Below are positions 15,652-28,270 of a stretch of DNA of 64,000 bases, piece after piece. The position numbers and the translations under genes are program-made. Location of the stretch: positions 310,001-374,000 of the forward strand of contig NW_020844174.1 of NCBI RefSeq assembly GCF_003704095.1, in the 5' to 3' direction. The notes under the pieces are model-generated. The model was given only the letters and a program-made list of their open reading frames with translations. It searched no databases and was not told the origin of the DNA. Position 1 is the first letter of the stretch. Each line of letters starts with the position of its first letter. The DNA is from Pocillopora damicornis. Lineage: Eukaryota.

Positions 15652-18600
15652 ATGATTATTCTCCAAAGGGTTGTATCTTCATTTCTTCTTCTTGGTAAGT
15701 ATTTATAGCGTTGTTTCCTGAAGGAAACGTCAGTTAATATCAGTGCATGGTTTCTGTTTCATTACAGTACCGATTATTGCCGCCAGTGATTTTGGAGGTT
15801 TTGGACCCGATGATCCTCAAACAGGATTCGAATTTGGCGCTGTCACGGTACACCGAGTAATTAAATTTCTTACTTCGTTTGATTTCTTTCTCGATAGACA
15901 TTTGTATTTTCGAATGCATCATCGTCATAGAGATTGCGTTATATTTTAAAATATACGTATTTCTAAGTGAAAACACGTGGCACAGCGGTTAGCATTGTTC
16001 TCGTCATCTATTGTTGTCTAAATTACAGATAAAACATCACTAACACCATTCATGGAATGTAAATGGTAATATCAACTTGGCAGAAAAATAACTAATAAAA
16101 GAAGCACCCGCAAATTTAGGTTATAATTTATGAACAATCTTACAGAACTTAATATATGAACTATCTTACCGAAAGACGAAAATTTCGTGATCTGTCAGCT
16201 ATCTAAGCACCGTGTGAAATATAGGGCTAAACTTCAGAATACCCCGCAACTTTAGTCCGCCTCACTTACATGTGTCGGGAGGCTTTGAAGATCGAGGCAT
16301 AACACAATAGACGCTATTCTTATTCAATAACATGTAAATGAGTTGCGGGGTATTCTGAAGTTGCTCCAAATATAGATTTAAGATAATTGTTTCTTATTGC
16401 ATAGGGAGGTCTATGTCCTAAGATCTTTGAAGGGGGGTGGGGGGATAGTGGTTTACAACAATACGAGCTATCAAGGAAAAGTTATGATTGTTATTATTGC
16501 TGTTTACTCAGTTTTAACTCAAAGATGGAAATCACCTTTGTGCATTTTTAGTAGCTATTTTATCTTTTGATTTGTTTCCAGGATTCCAAACTTGAAAATG
16601 AAACAGATATCTCTCCTATAGGTACATTATCTAATTATCCAATTGAAATAATGATAATAATTATTCATAGTGTTAACCCTTAAACTGCCAGTAGTGATTA
16701 TGATGTAACTTCTCCATATAATATCCATACATTATCCACCAAACAGGTAATGAGAATACTCAAACTTTTCAGGTAGAAGTTATCTTGATCTAACTCCAAA
16801 TTCTTGTTATTAATTTACAAGGAAACATGTAGCAGCCAGAGGGAAGAATTAAGATTTTAGTTTATTCCACTGTTACTTTTTGATGATTATGTATTTTTCA
16901 GAATAGATACTAAATGACACAGTATTTTTGGATGCTGTGTGGCAAATGTTAAAAAAAAAAATTATCAATGATCTCTAGAGGATTGAGGTTACTTTGTTTT
17001 CAAGTTGTGATCATGAGCGTGACTTGTGGTGTGTGCCATACATTGAGGTTTTAAAACTTTTTTTCCACAGGATTAAAGGATATAGTTATTGTCATCAGAA
17101 GTCAACATAATGCTTTTCATGTCAAAAAAGCAAAAGCTTTCAGACAAACCCTGAATGAGCAAGCAGAAGCTCTAGGAGAAAAGGTAACTGCTGAAATCTT
17201 GACTTATCTAAAGCTAATAGAAATCTTTTTAGATAAGGAGTCTTGTAACTAATTGATTTTTACATTTAAATGTGAATTCAAATCAATCATTTTCCAGGAT
17301 CACTTAGAACTTAAAATGATGCACGAAGATTGGGCACCCCATGGGGCCTGGACTATTCTTCCAGCAATAAATAGGTAAGACTGAGTAGTTTTAGTACCAG
17401 GAATTTTTTTTTTGAAAGTCCAAAATCATTAAAGGAATATATTATTACACATGACTTGACCTAAGAAAAGTTTTAATTATACAGTGTATGTTTGAGAATT
17501 GGCTTTTTACATGAATGGTAAAAAAATGCATTTTTCATTTTGTTCTAGCTTGGTCGGAGATTATGGTGATAACAAGAGATGGATATTTTTTTGTGAGGAT
17601 GAAACCACCATCAATTTATCAGGACTTGTTCAAGTCTTAAACAAATATGATGCAGGACAGGTGTGATAAAAAAAAGTAACTTGTCTGAATTGTAGCTGTG
17701 ATGACAATGAGATAAGCCATAACTGTAGAAAATTGGAACTAACTGTATAACTTTTGAGCTCCCACAAGTGTAGAATTAATATATATTTCTCCTCACAATT
17801 TCAAGACATTACCCTGCAAACAGGTAATGAGAATAGACATGCTTGTCAAGTGGAAGTGTTATCACAATATTACAATAAATTCTCTTCACTAACTTACAAG
17901 GAAGTGTGTAGCACCTAGAATAAAGAATTGAATCAGATCTTAGGTGGTTAAGGGTTCTAGAATACCATAAATGTATGGAAGTCATGACAGTTGCTGCACT
18001 AATACCAGCTTCTCTCTCTTTTGCTCTCTTTTTCATGTTGTAATAATATACATGTAAAAATAATGGACTTCTGATTTGCTGAAAACAAGTGCATTTTTTT
18101 TATGTGACACAAGCGCAAAATTGTAACACAAGTGCAAAGTTGTAACACAAGAGCAGATTACAAATGGCACACACACTGTCAAAATTTTGTCTGTCTTGAC
18201 TTTCTATGATGCTCTTTCATGTAAATTATTTGTAAGTTCTAACATGATTTCTCAAGCAATTTCATGAAAATAAGCACTTGTAAATTTTTCAAAGACTAAA
18301 AATTGCAATGACCTGGATTTTTGTTGTCTTTAAAAAATTTACTAATGTTTATTAACGCCATATTGCACCCAAAGTAATGTTATTACCCATATAATATGAC
18401 AGAGGAAAAAGTGGGTGAGGGGTGAAAAGGACCCCCTGACCCTCTTGAAGTCCTTGAAGCTTTCAAGGGGAATTTATCATATCTGTTCTTTTGTGATTTT
18501 TCATCAGGAGATGTTTCTTGGACATGCCATTCAAGATAAACAACCAGCAATTATCCATCACTTTGCATTCCATCAGGACCCATCACAGTTCTCTTTTCCT

Positions 18601-21600
18601 GACTTTTCAGCTGGATGGGCTTTGTCTGTACCACTACTGAACAGGCAAGTTAGAACACCCTCTAGTCTGAGTTCCTAGTCAAAGAAGAAAGTTTCCTTCC
18701 TTTATTTATATGTGTATTAATTTTTTTATATATTTATCTACCTATTAGACGTTTATTTATTTTTACTCTGAGCTAGCAATCTCATTTCTTTATTTAGGTA
18801 GCCTATCTAAAAGACAGTTTTTCTAGCCTCTTAGTTGTAGCTGGCTAATCTTTACTTTGTCATCTTAGTGAAGATTTAGTGGCGCTGTGAGAATAAACGG
18901 GTCTACCGACACAATAGATATTACCATGCTGAAGCTTGTCTTGAGTTATCAAGTATGAAAACGTGTCTAATGCGTAGAGAAGAATGGCCGATATTTAAGT
19001 TTTTTTTAAGGGAAATGGTTTATTTGAACAATAGTTTTAACTTTTTTTGAATAAAAAGAAAAATATTAATAAAACGAATGACTTCATCCACTTCTGAAAT
19101 CCATAACACTTCTACTACTGATCGTCAAACAGAGTTGTTAAATTACCTATAAAACTATGCAAAGAACTGTTATTCCTTAAAACATAATTTGGGAAGTCAG
19201 CGATGATGAATGCTTTCACGCAAAAATACGAAAACAGAGATAGCTATTAATTTGCAATCGTATCTAGTCCGACTTCTGAAAATATTCAAAGACAGTTCAC
19301 CTTGGGAATAAAAGATGGGAGAACAGCGAAATGAAATTGTGGCCTTCATCCGAGGATTACCATAGAGCGAATATTTTTTTTTCTTTCCTAATCTCGTTTT
19401 TCTGTGCTTGGCCATTTTTTCCCATTTTGCTAGAGACGCTTCTTTGTTTAACCCTTTAACTGTAATACCGAGAAAATTTCTCCCTACATTGTCATTAAAA
19501 TTTCTTATAGACAAGTGACGAGTTTAAAGAAAAACATGAATTAAGGATTGGTTAATTTAACACCAACTTCTGCAAACTAACATGATTTAATGATAGAAAT
19601 TTAGGAGAAAACTAACGAGATCCGGGAATCAAAGGGTTTAAAATTTATCCTCAGAACTTTTAAAACAGAGGTGAATGCCTGACTGAATACAGAATCAGAC
19701 CTTAAAACTTGAGTAGTTTGAAAGCACGTGACAGCCACCGTCCCAATCACAATTCTTTCACTCGTTATAGAACTTAAATCTGTTTATTTCCTTATCTACA
19801 ATTCTATTTACAAAAGTTAACACTCCTCTCTAAAACAAACGCAAAAAACTGAAATAAAAAAGTACATAAATGTTGCAACCTTGATTGCTCTCAATTTGTT
19901 TAAAAAAATAGAATTGGAAAAAGACTTCAAGCTGATCCACCAAGGTCTGACTTTACTATTGACGTACAACACGAGGTAAGGGATTCAAATAGTACACAAT
20001 TACGTGTGAATTCAGCGAGAAAATTAATTATTTTACTGCTTCAGGAGAATACCTTGTTCCTGAAAAGTCACTGTACAATTTTGTCAAGTCACAATTTTAC
20101 AAGTTCTTGAACACCTTCCGCGTATGTCTTTTAATCAAAGTCTTTGTCGAGATGTCTCCAGTCACAAGTTCTGCTAACAGCGTCCGTCTCGTTCACGTCT
20201 CGAGTATTTCGTCGAGATGTTGTAGTCCTAAGTTTTAAATTTGCTTTCGTCTTGTCCAGTTTTGTAGAAGTCGCTCGTCTGTCTTCAAGTCACAAAGTCT
20301 AAATTCAGCGTCCGTTTCATGCGTTTCGTCCCTTAGTCTTCACGTGTATAATCTAGTATCTTTCAAATCGCTTTACTTTGTGCTAGTGTACTTTGTAACG
20401 GCTTTTGTTCCTTCACTGACCGCGTGTTTCGCCAGTTCACCGGGCAGAAGCAGTCGAATGGCGGTCTGAATTTCGCGAGAGCTGATTGTAGACTTTTTGT
20501 TGTAGTTGGCGAGTCGAGAAGACTCGGTTGCAATTCGCTCGAAGATGTCGTTGACGAACGAGTTCAAAATACTCATGGCTTTGCTGGATATTCCGGTGTC
20601 TGGATGAACTTGTTTCAGAACTTTGTAGATGTAGATAGCGTAACTTTCCTTTCTTCGTCTACTTCTCTTTCCTTTGCTGTCTCCACTCTTGACTTTTCCG
20701 GTCATCTTTGTCTCTTGCTTCTTTCCTGCGGTTTTTGGTGGCATCTTCAGTGTTTCTCTCTGTAGTACAGTGGTACAATTGATTGATAACAACTTTGGTT
20801 GGTTTCGGTTTTATAGAAAAATTTTTGATGCTTAATTTACAAACGGATCGAAATCTGCAGTATTTCATTGGCTGTTGAGCAGGGAAGTTGGGAACTGCAC
20901 GGAGAATTTACACTGGTATCATCATTAATTAGCAACATTCTTCCACGAAGTTTTATCAAGTTGTAATTGTTCTATTCAAAACTCAGAGAAGTAAAAGAAA
21001 GAAAATTCTTACCAGAAGGGACGAACTAAAATGAAAATAAATGATTTTTTACCAGCCATGTTTTGCGATAGATTTAAGAAAACCCCGTGTTTTTGTTAAA
21101 ATATAACACTCGACATGTTGAAATGTTTATATTCCCACTCGTTCCCCCGAGATCGAATTCCAAAGTAATATCTCATTAGACTGGGTTGTTACCTTTTCTT
21201 AGGTGGCAATGTTCATTCGTGACGAGGGTCGAGGCACGCTGCTCACAGATGTACCCGAGTTCTGCACTAGCGAACCTAGGGACAATCAGGAATGTGTGAC
21301 GTCTTTGAAAACTGGGGGCCCTAACTGTGTACGTTCATGGTATAAGCTTTAGTTTAAGAGTGAGGGGGGTCTGTACTTAATTATAAACTTATAAATAGGC
21401 TAAATGGTATTTTCATTTTTTCATATTTTTTCGTGAAATGTAGACCTTTTTGAGGAGATAATGTGGGGTCCCATAACCTTGGCCAAAAGCAGCGAACTCG
21501 AGTAATAGCTAGCAGACTGAAAATATTGTTAAATGCGGGAACAAAAAATTTGAAAAAAATTGGGAACAACTGCAGACCGAAAGAAAGCAAGGTTTAAACC

Positions 21601-24600
21601 TATTTGGTTCCAAGTATTGTGTGTAAAGGGTCGTCTCTAAGAACTCTATGGGATTTCCTCAGGGTGAGCCGCTATCTTCGGACAATATATTTTTCGCTGT
21701 CAAGACTACAAAGAAATACCACAAAGACAGAGGTATACTTGACTTCATATTTTCTTGTAATTTAAGTTGAATTCATTGTGTAAAAAGGAAATGCCTGGTC
21801 ATGCCAGCTATCCTAAGGCTCGTGTACGTAAACTTAATTTTTGCTGGAGACCTAATTGCAACTATGTTGTTGTTACTATAGGCTAAATTTGGCGATTTAG
21901 CTTTGTAAAAGATATAATCACTGCTACATTGATTTAGACTGTTTTTCGTCTTGGTCTTCGATGGCTTTTGGTAATTTTAAATTAACCTTAATGCTACCAT
22001 CTTGAGGTCATAATTTATAGCACTACAAATAAAAAATATTTATTTCTTTTCAGTGCCTATTGTGCAAAAGACCGTTGGAAAGCACGCCAAACACATTGTG
22101 TACTACAGCGAGACAGAGGATCTCTCCATACCAACAGAGAACATTGGAGTACCTAATACCGAGAGAGGTAAAGTCAGTTATTGAATAAATATTTGTCGAG
22201 AAACTTTACAAGAGGGGGAACTTTTGAACATCGATTTCCGGTGGAATGTTCCAGAACTACCCAACAAGTAGATATTTGCTCCAATTCCTTGTCGAATGGA
22301 AGTTTTGGAAACCACCTTGAATCGCATTCTTTAAAACGCTTATACTGACAAGACAGTTTTCAGTTGTGGAGATTTTGCCAATTTGCTAAGACAGTTTTTG
22401 TTTTTTTTAACACGTTTTGTNNNNNNNNNNCCCCCCTGCTAAGTTTACTCAAGTTATCCTCCGACGAAATTCCGTCTTCGTAAATATGTGGAGCTCTGAT
22501 CCATCAAGTTTGGTAAACTGGCGGTAAAAAAAGCTGCTGGAGAATGTTTAAGCTCTTAAGTCAATCAATGAGCTTAAATTCCGATGAATAAACAAGACAA
22601 CCATAGCTAAATCAACATTCTAGTCATGGTGCAATCCGTTAATACGACCGCCGCCATTACATGTCAATTTATTCAAAACAACAGGTTGGTCCGAGTAGCG
22701 AGGTTGTGAAAGGAAATGGCTGGAATATATTTCATTATAGCCGGGGCAGAAGTTATTTTATCTGAGCCAGTCTCCTTTGCTAATAAAGAAGGCTATATTT
22801 TAGGTTGCTCTGGCCAGTAAAACGAAATGTGACGTTCTGAAAGGAAACTGGACCAAGCTTTATTTTATTTTGCTTATGGGTTGCTCACATCGCTGAGCAT
22901 CTTGAGAGAGAAAGTGTCTGGTAGTCTATTATCTTGGTTCCCGCTTTTTTGGGGGTTGGTAATGTATTTACATTGGTATTTGTACTGAATTATGGTACAT
23001 TCGAATCGTGACTTAGAATCTCTCTAGAATCTTCTATGTTCCCTGCGTTTTCTCTCCTTCTGTGGCAGCAAGTTTAGTCAAAACAAATAAGTAAAAGAGG
23101 GGAACAGGTCTCATACGGTTTTCGGTTCAGTTTCATTCATCGGTGAGGTGGAATTTTGGTTGAAAATCCTGTCCATCTCTTTAAAAGAACCCCCTCCAGA
23201 GGTTGCCCCGTCTCTTGTCTCTTGTAGTGACCCTTTCTAGTTGCTGGTTTATAAACTTGTCTTCTTAGATTGTTCAAACCGTCTTTCTCGCGTATATTCA
23301 TTCGCTTAACCTCAAGAGTAGAGCTCAAGATCGGTAAGAATGTCCTCTTCCCTTCTAAGCCGGGTTTAACTCGGTTTTTTCTGCCTCCCAAATAATTTTC
23401 ATCGTAGATGACTAAAGGAAGTCGTCTCTGTTGAGCAAAGTCAGCACCCTGAGACAAAGACGTTGCTCTTCCTACCGTATTCTTTCGGGGAATCACTGGC
23501 CGACCTTGAAGTGGAAAATCACAACAATGCATTCTTCTACCTGGTCTTTTTCCATCGCTGTTCACGAATTCAGTTCTCGCAGTAATATCGGAGAAAGTTA
23601 ATCTCGGTATGTCGACAGCCCCGTTGACTTTGGACATCGTTTCATCTTTGTTAAGTAACTCTTGATAAAAGCTTCCTTGCCTCAGAATTTTTCCTCTACC
23701 TTTTTCGTCTCTGGGGCGAACGGAATCCCTTCGCGCGACAGCCATTTCAGAACCATTGCGACATATTTGCGGTAGAACAAACTTTCTGCCCTCGCTGTTG
23801 AGTGTACGTCGCATTCCTAACTCTTCCCGCTTGGAATTTGCCCTCGCTCTCCTCTGTAAGCATCTATGAAGTTATAGTGATAATTTTTAATTGTAGCCAG
23901 TCTTTATGTCATTGTAGATACGCAGTTTACGACTGATCGGTTTTAAGACGAAAGGCAGTCGTTAATCTGTCTATCGGCTAAACTGTCTACAAAGCTCTAG
24001 CATTTGTTCTTAGAGGATAAAGTGCTACTTTAAACCTGGTTAGAAGATTTACTGTCGTGTCTACTTCTTTATCAGATGTCATCACTTGCACATAAACAAA
24101 CAATAGATATTAATAAACAGAAGATTTAAGATACTTAACATTGAATTATCTTCCTGTTACAGTGACCCAGACGATACCAGACTTGTTTTTGCTCCCAAAA
24201 TAAATCGAATCCTATGCGTGCCTCTGCTAGTAAATCTTGTGAAATAGAAGTAAAATACTTTACTCATTATTTTTAACTTCGTTCAATCTTAAGACCTTCT
24301 CTCTCTCTATGGCAATGTTATAAGAAATTGCCTTATGATAGAATTTTTATCTGAGATAACTTACTTCACCACAATGTCAGTGTAATTATTGCTAGGAAAA
24401 AAAAAGGTTTGTAATGAGTTAAAGATGCTCGACAAATGGAGCTCCTAAGGCAGCTTAAAATGAATCAAACACTTGTAAATGACGGAATGTGGTTGTTGCT
24501 AATTTTGATTAGGGTATGCATTATAATCGTAGGACAACTGTTGGTGTAAAGAAAAACAAAACATAAACTCCAGTTCTTCTGTTTTGACCATGTATTTTTA

Positions 24601-26532
24601 AGACGAGGCCACCCAACGTGGAAAGCAATAATAGCCGTAGACAGACGTTCAAATTTCCTACTGGGAATCCACATCACACCGCAGGTTTGCTGCTTACAGA
24701 GTGGAAATTAGGTCGCGCCTCCAGCAGAACGCCGGTTGTTTGTTTCATTTGTTGGTGGGGGTGGGGTGGGACAGATTTCGCTTGTCGCTTCTTCCATTGG
24801 AAACCGGTAGAGCTCTGTAGGTTTGAGCCCGAGTTTAAGACCCAAGCTTATAAGAGGAGAAAGGTTAAGACAATGGTAAAGTTTAGTTACGTAGTGTGGT
24901 ACTGTTTCTATTTCAGGACACTGTGCTAAGTTGGAGGCCATCATCAAGAGATCAGTCGCAGACCCCAGGGCTGCTGACAAACCCTGGCTTGTGATTCTCG
25001 ATGATGATACGATAATGAGGTAACCTCGATAACTAAACAAGCTGTTGGCTCCTCCACCCAGAAATAGAAACCTTTATCGCAAAATCGGCTCCTTTCCCAT
25101 CGCCTCGGGAGGGGGGATCTGATAAATAGTGAGGAAAAACCTTATTTTGCGTTCCAGGAAAAGATTATGCGGAGAAAGTATCCATAAGGTTTCTTTAAAA
25201 GATATCAGGGCAGCTTGGCGAGAGAATAGTAGTCCTTGTCTCCATGGCACAATGTAATGAAATGAAAATAACATCTATATATTTTCCTAATATTCTTTGA
25301 TCTTTTGTTTTTTACTTCTTGTTGTTGGTGTTTTTTTTTTTAACCACTTCCCGCAGCGTACCTCGGCTGCAAAAGTTGTTGGCGTGCTACGATCCAAAGG
25401 AACCAACCCTACTGGGTGAACGGTACGGCTATGGACTAACGGGAGGGTTTGGGTACGAGTATATCACGGGTGGAGGAAGGTACGAATTGCATTACTTTTC
25501 TAGTCTGACCTTAAACTAGTCCCTGGTCCCCGGCAGTTTCTAAACCATACATCTTCAACTCTGCCAACAGTCCTTTGAGTGACCTTCATGATCTCATCAA
25601 ACACTAAGAATTTTAATTACCGCGCCATAAGTAGATTAACGAGAGAAAACAGATAGACCGGGAACATTTACCATTCTTTTAGTTTAGTGATTAATACTAA
25701 ATGCATGTTTTTTGTGGTGTGTATGTCCAGTATGATTCTAAGCCGGAGTGGTATCGAAGCTTTGTTAAGCAGTGAATGCAGCTGTTGGGAACCAGACTCT
25801 CCCGACGACATGTGGCTGGGAAATTGTTTCCGCAGATTGGGAGTTCCTCTGACGCACTCCTCAGCTTTTCATCAAGTAAGTCATGTCATAGGTAATTCTT
25901 TGTTATTATTTTGCTTTTTGATAGTAAGCACTCGTTTGAGAGAATGTCAGAATAGATTGACAGTACATCCAAAAACATAAGCTTTCTCTGTCACGTCAGT
26001 TCAGCATGAACATACAATGAGGTATTTTCAATAGTTGATGAGGACATAGGTAAAACTCGTGCACCAATAGGTTACATGATTCTCGCATTGCCTCTCTCCA
26101 TTTAGAGGTATAAATGAGTAAGGGTAAAATTTCTGGAAAAAAGAAAACGGTGAAATGCTGGCTTAGGATGACCTAAGATGGTCTGGCGTTAACTCAAGGG
26201 GGGAGGGGAGGGGGGTGGAAGTAGCAACACTTCTAACCGTTGTATTCCAATGATATTGGGATGAGATCGGGAAGACTAGGACTGTCCGGCTCCTGAACTG
26301 ACAGAATGTAAGCCTAAGTGCAAATTCTGGCAGACTTTCTTTAGTTTTGAGAAGTGAAACAATGTTCACTGCTGTAGAAACTCCCTCAGCCCCATTCTTT
26401 ATCGTTCCTCTCTTGTTTCAGGCCAAGCCAAATGAGTATGTGCCTTCACTTCTGGCACACCAGACGCCCGTCTCATTCCACAAACATCATGACTTAGATC
26501 CACTTTCCGTTTACGAAGAATATCTCAGTTGA
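15652..26532 (+). CDS. B3GLCT: Beta-1,3-glucosyltransferase (Fringe-like GT31), 15 exons
   Basis: Exons 15652-15694, 15768-15847, 16582-16621, 17071-17183, 17298-17374, 17549-17660, 18508-18644, 19912-19975, 21203-21328, 21663-21732, 22054-22167, 24917-25019, 25357-25479, 25731-25875, 26422-26532. Signal peptide, [41 protein letters not shown], catalytic [28 protein letters not shown]. Confidence 0.93.
16225..16367. mobile_element. MITE, GG...CC termini, 8-bp TSD
   Basis: Perfect 22-bp inverted repeat AACTTCAGAATACCCCGCAACT / AGTTGCGGGGTATTCTGAAGTT; TSD AAATATAG at 16217-16224 and 16368-16375. Confidence 0.85.
16673..16855. mobile_element. piggyBac-type MITE, right end truncated
   Basis: TTAACCCTTAAACTGCCA... 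followed by the same internal sequence as 14119-14330. Confidence 0.7.
17770..17956. mobile_element. Degenerate copy of the piggyBac-type MITE
   Basis: aaacaggtaatgagaata...aacttacaaggaagtgtgtagc...cagatcttaggtggttaagggtt. Confidence 0.55.
19448..19641. mobile_element. Degenerate piggyBac-type MITE
   Basis: TTAACCCTTTAAC...AAAGGGTTTAA; internal similarity to 5649-5855. Confidence 0.6.
20373..20744 (-). CDS. H2B: Histone H2B variant (123 aa), intronless, nested antisense in B3GLCT intron 8
   Basis: MPPKTAGKK...[29 protein letters not shown]...[34 protein letters not shown]; first ATG at 20744. Confidence 0.96.
   Translation of the reverse strand: MPPKTAGKKQETKMTGKVKSGDSKGKRSRRRKESYAIYIYKVLKQVHPDTGISSKAMSILNSFVNDIFERIATESSRLANYNKKSTISSREIQTAIRLLLPGELAKHAVSEGTKAVTKYTSTK
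20809..20871 (-). promoter_or_regulatory. H2B promoter: TATA box and CCAAT box
   Basis: TATAAAA (minus strand, 20809-20815) ~65 bp and CCAAT (20867-20871) ~125 bp upstream of the ATG. Confidence 0.6.
22421..22430. other. Assembly gap (10 N)
   Basis: Run of n inside B3GLCT intron 11; true intron length unknown. Confidence 1.
23137..23814 (-). CDS. Uncharacterised Arg/Lys-rich protein (>=225 aa), nested antisense in B3GLCT intron 11
   Basis: 678-nt stop-free frame with raised GC in an AT-rich intron. Frame stays open upstream to an acceptor (cttacag|23853); a candidate phase-0 first exon lies at 24053-24082. Confidence 0.55.
   Translation of the reverse strand: MRRTLNSEGRKFVLPQICRNGSEMAVARRDSVRPRDEKGRGKILRQGSFYQELLNKDETMSKVNGAVDIPRLTFSDITARTEFVNSDGKRPGRRMHCCDFPLQGRPVIPRKNTVGRATSLSQGADFAQQRRLPLVIYDENYLGGRKNRVKPGLEGKRTFLPILSSTLEVKRMNIREKDGLNNLRRQVYKPATRKGHYKRQETGQPLEGVLLKRWTGFSTKIPPHR
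26085..26310 (+). mobile_element. Degenerate SINE body fragment (resembles cnidarian Nin/Deu-domain SINEs)
   Basis: gcctctctcca...ggtataaatgagta...gaaatgctgg...gatggtctggcg...ggggggag..gtagcaacacttcta; recognised from memory only. Confidence 0.35.
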
Positions 26533-27749
26533 TATCTCAGAGTGCTCTGTGAAAATGGTGGTGTTAAGTTATGGACAAATTTTTACGTAAAGTGTCTTTG
26601 TTCGACAAACTAGAACTCCATGTTTCGAATGAGTAAGCGGACAAAGAAAAATGAAATTTTCAATTACACAATTGCGAGTCAGTGTAAAATTAGAACTTCC
26701 AACAACAACCATGTCAGGCAGGGAATTGTGGGTTTTTGAGTGCAGAGTATTTTCCTCAAATGACGAACGTTTCTCTGATAATCTGATAATTTGAAGTAAA
26801 ATAATATTTCTAGGTAGTAAAGAGATGCAACATTTTAATTCTTTATGTTGTTCGTTGTGTCTTCTTTCTACGCTTGCTTACTGAAATTGCAGAGTTCTCG
26901 TCCCTCTCGCATTTCGCCGGTGTCTTAGCCAGTAATTGCATAAGCAATTTTTTAAAGAGGGCACGGTAACGAATTTTTTAATCTGATCGGTCCCATGGGC
27001 TGGCATGATTATTTTCCTCTGTTCGCGGTGAACAGTAACGCCTCCTCGAATCGTCTTGTTGATCTATTTTCGTGAATGAATTGGGAGTAATCTTCAATAA
27101 TCAGCATTAATCATTCCTCCATCGACGATTGATTTACGCAGTTTAATCTCTGTCCACTTGTACATGGTAAGGAAAGAATCGCACATCAAAGTCACGATAC
27201 TAAAGGAGATGGTAAAATTTCTGTACAGCCCCATACTACATTATGCATTCAGTTCTTGACTAGAGAAAACAATGAAAAAAACAATACATTTCCATTGGAA
27301 AACAGATTTGTTTTGACAATAGTATGGAGCTGTGCGGAAACTTTACCAAGGAAATGATCACCACTGTTTTGCGTTTTATTTGTGGCCACTGCCTCCTACA
27401 GGAGGTGATGCCACATATGTTATCGAAATGAGTGTATGATGGTAACAATAGAATGCCGAATTTCACCCGATTTCGACTAGCTGTCAGCTATTGTTTTTTC
27501 CAGAGTATCTTCGTAGTTCGACTTTCGCAATAGTGATTATTAGGCGCAACACAGACAAAAAAAAGACGAATGCCTTTTAAACAAATTGTGCATAAATAAC
27601 CCAAAATATTTCCTTTTTCAGTTCTTCCTGTGGCAATACAGCGGATGATAAATATTGCACAATCATTTCAGGATGGCGCTTGATAAAAAGAAAACTTTTC
27701 CTTGGGGAATTATCTTAACAGGTGTGATCGGCGCACCATGAAACTTCAT

Positions 27750-28210
27750 GTCCAAAATCGGCCACTACCGTCCAAAATCCCAAATCCGACACTAGTGTCC
27801 ATAATCCAAAATCGGACACTAGAGGTCAAAATCCAAAATCGGATACTGGTGTCCAGAATGTTTCATTGGTCACTAGCGTCCAAAATCCAAAAGCGACCAC
27901 CAGTGGCCAAAATAAAAAATCGGCCACTACCTTCCAAAATCCAAAATCGGCCACTACCGTCCAAAATCCAAAATCGGCTACTTGTGTCCAAAATCCAAAA
28001 TTCAAAATCGGCCATTAGTGTCCAAAATTCAAAATTGGCTACCAGTGTCCAAAATCAAAAATCGGCCACTGGCGTCCAAAATCCCAAATCGGCCACTATT
28101 GTCCAAAATCCCAAAACGGCTGCTAGAGTCCAAAATCCAAAATCGGCCACTAGTGTCCAAAATCCAGAATTCGAAATCCAAAATCTAAAATCAGCCATTA
28201 GTGTTCAAAA
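27750..28210. repeat. 27-bp minisatellite (~17 degenerate units)
   Basis: Consensus TCCAAAATCCAAAATCGGCCACTAGTG; produces the SKIQNRPLx repeats of ORFs 27702-28229 and 27982-28188. Confidence 0.92.
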
Positions 28211-28270
28211 TAAAAAAATGGTATACTGAACGTGTGTACTGATATTACACAATTTCCATAGTGTTGAAAA

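Noticed and set aside
20373-20792. Sperm-type SPKK-repeat H2B, or N-terminally extended 139-aa form
   Set aside because: No SPKK/SPKR motifs; the extension starts at a non-ATG codon close to the TATA box
27702-28229. 175-aa repetitive ORF or CRISPR-like array
   Set aside because: Pure tandem 27-bp minisatellite with no unique spacers and no cas genes; the ORF is a by-product of the repeat
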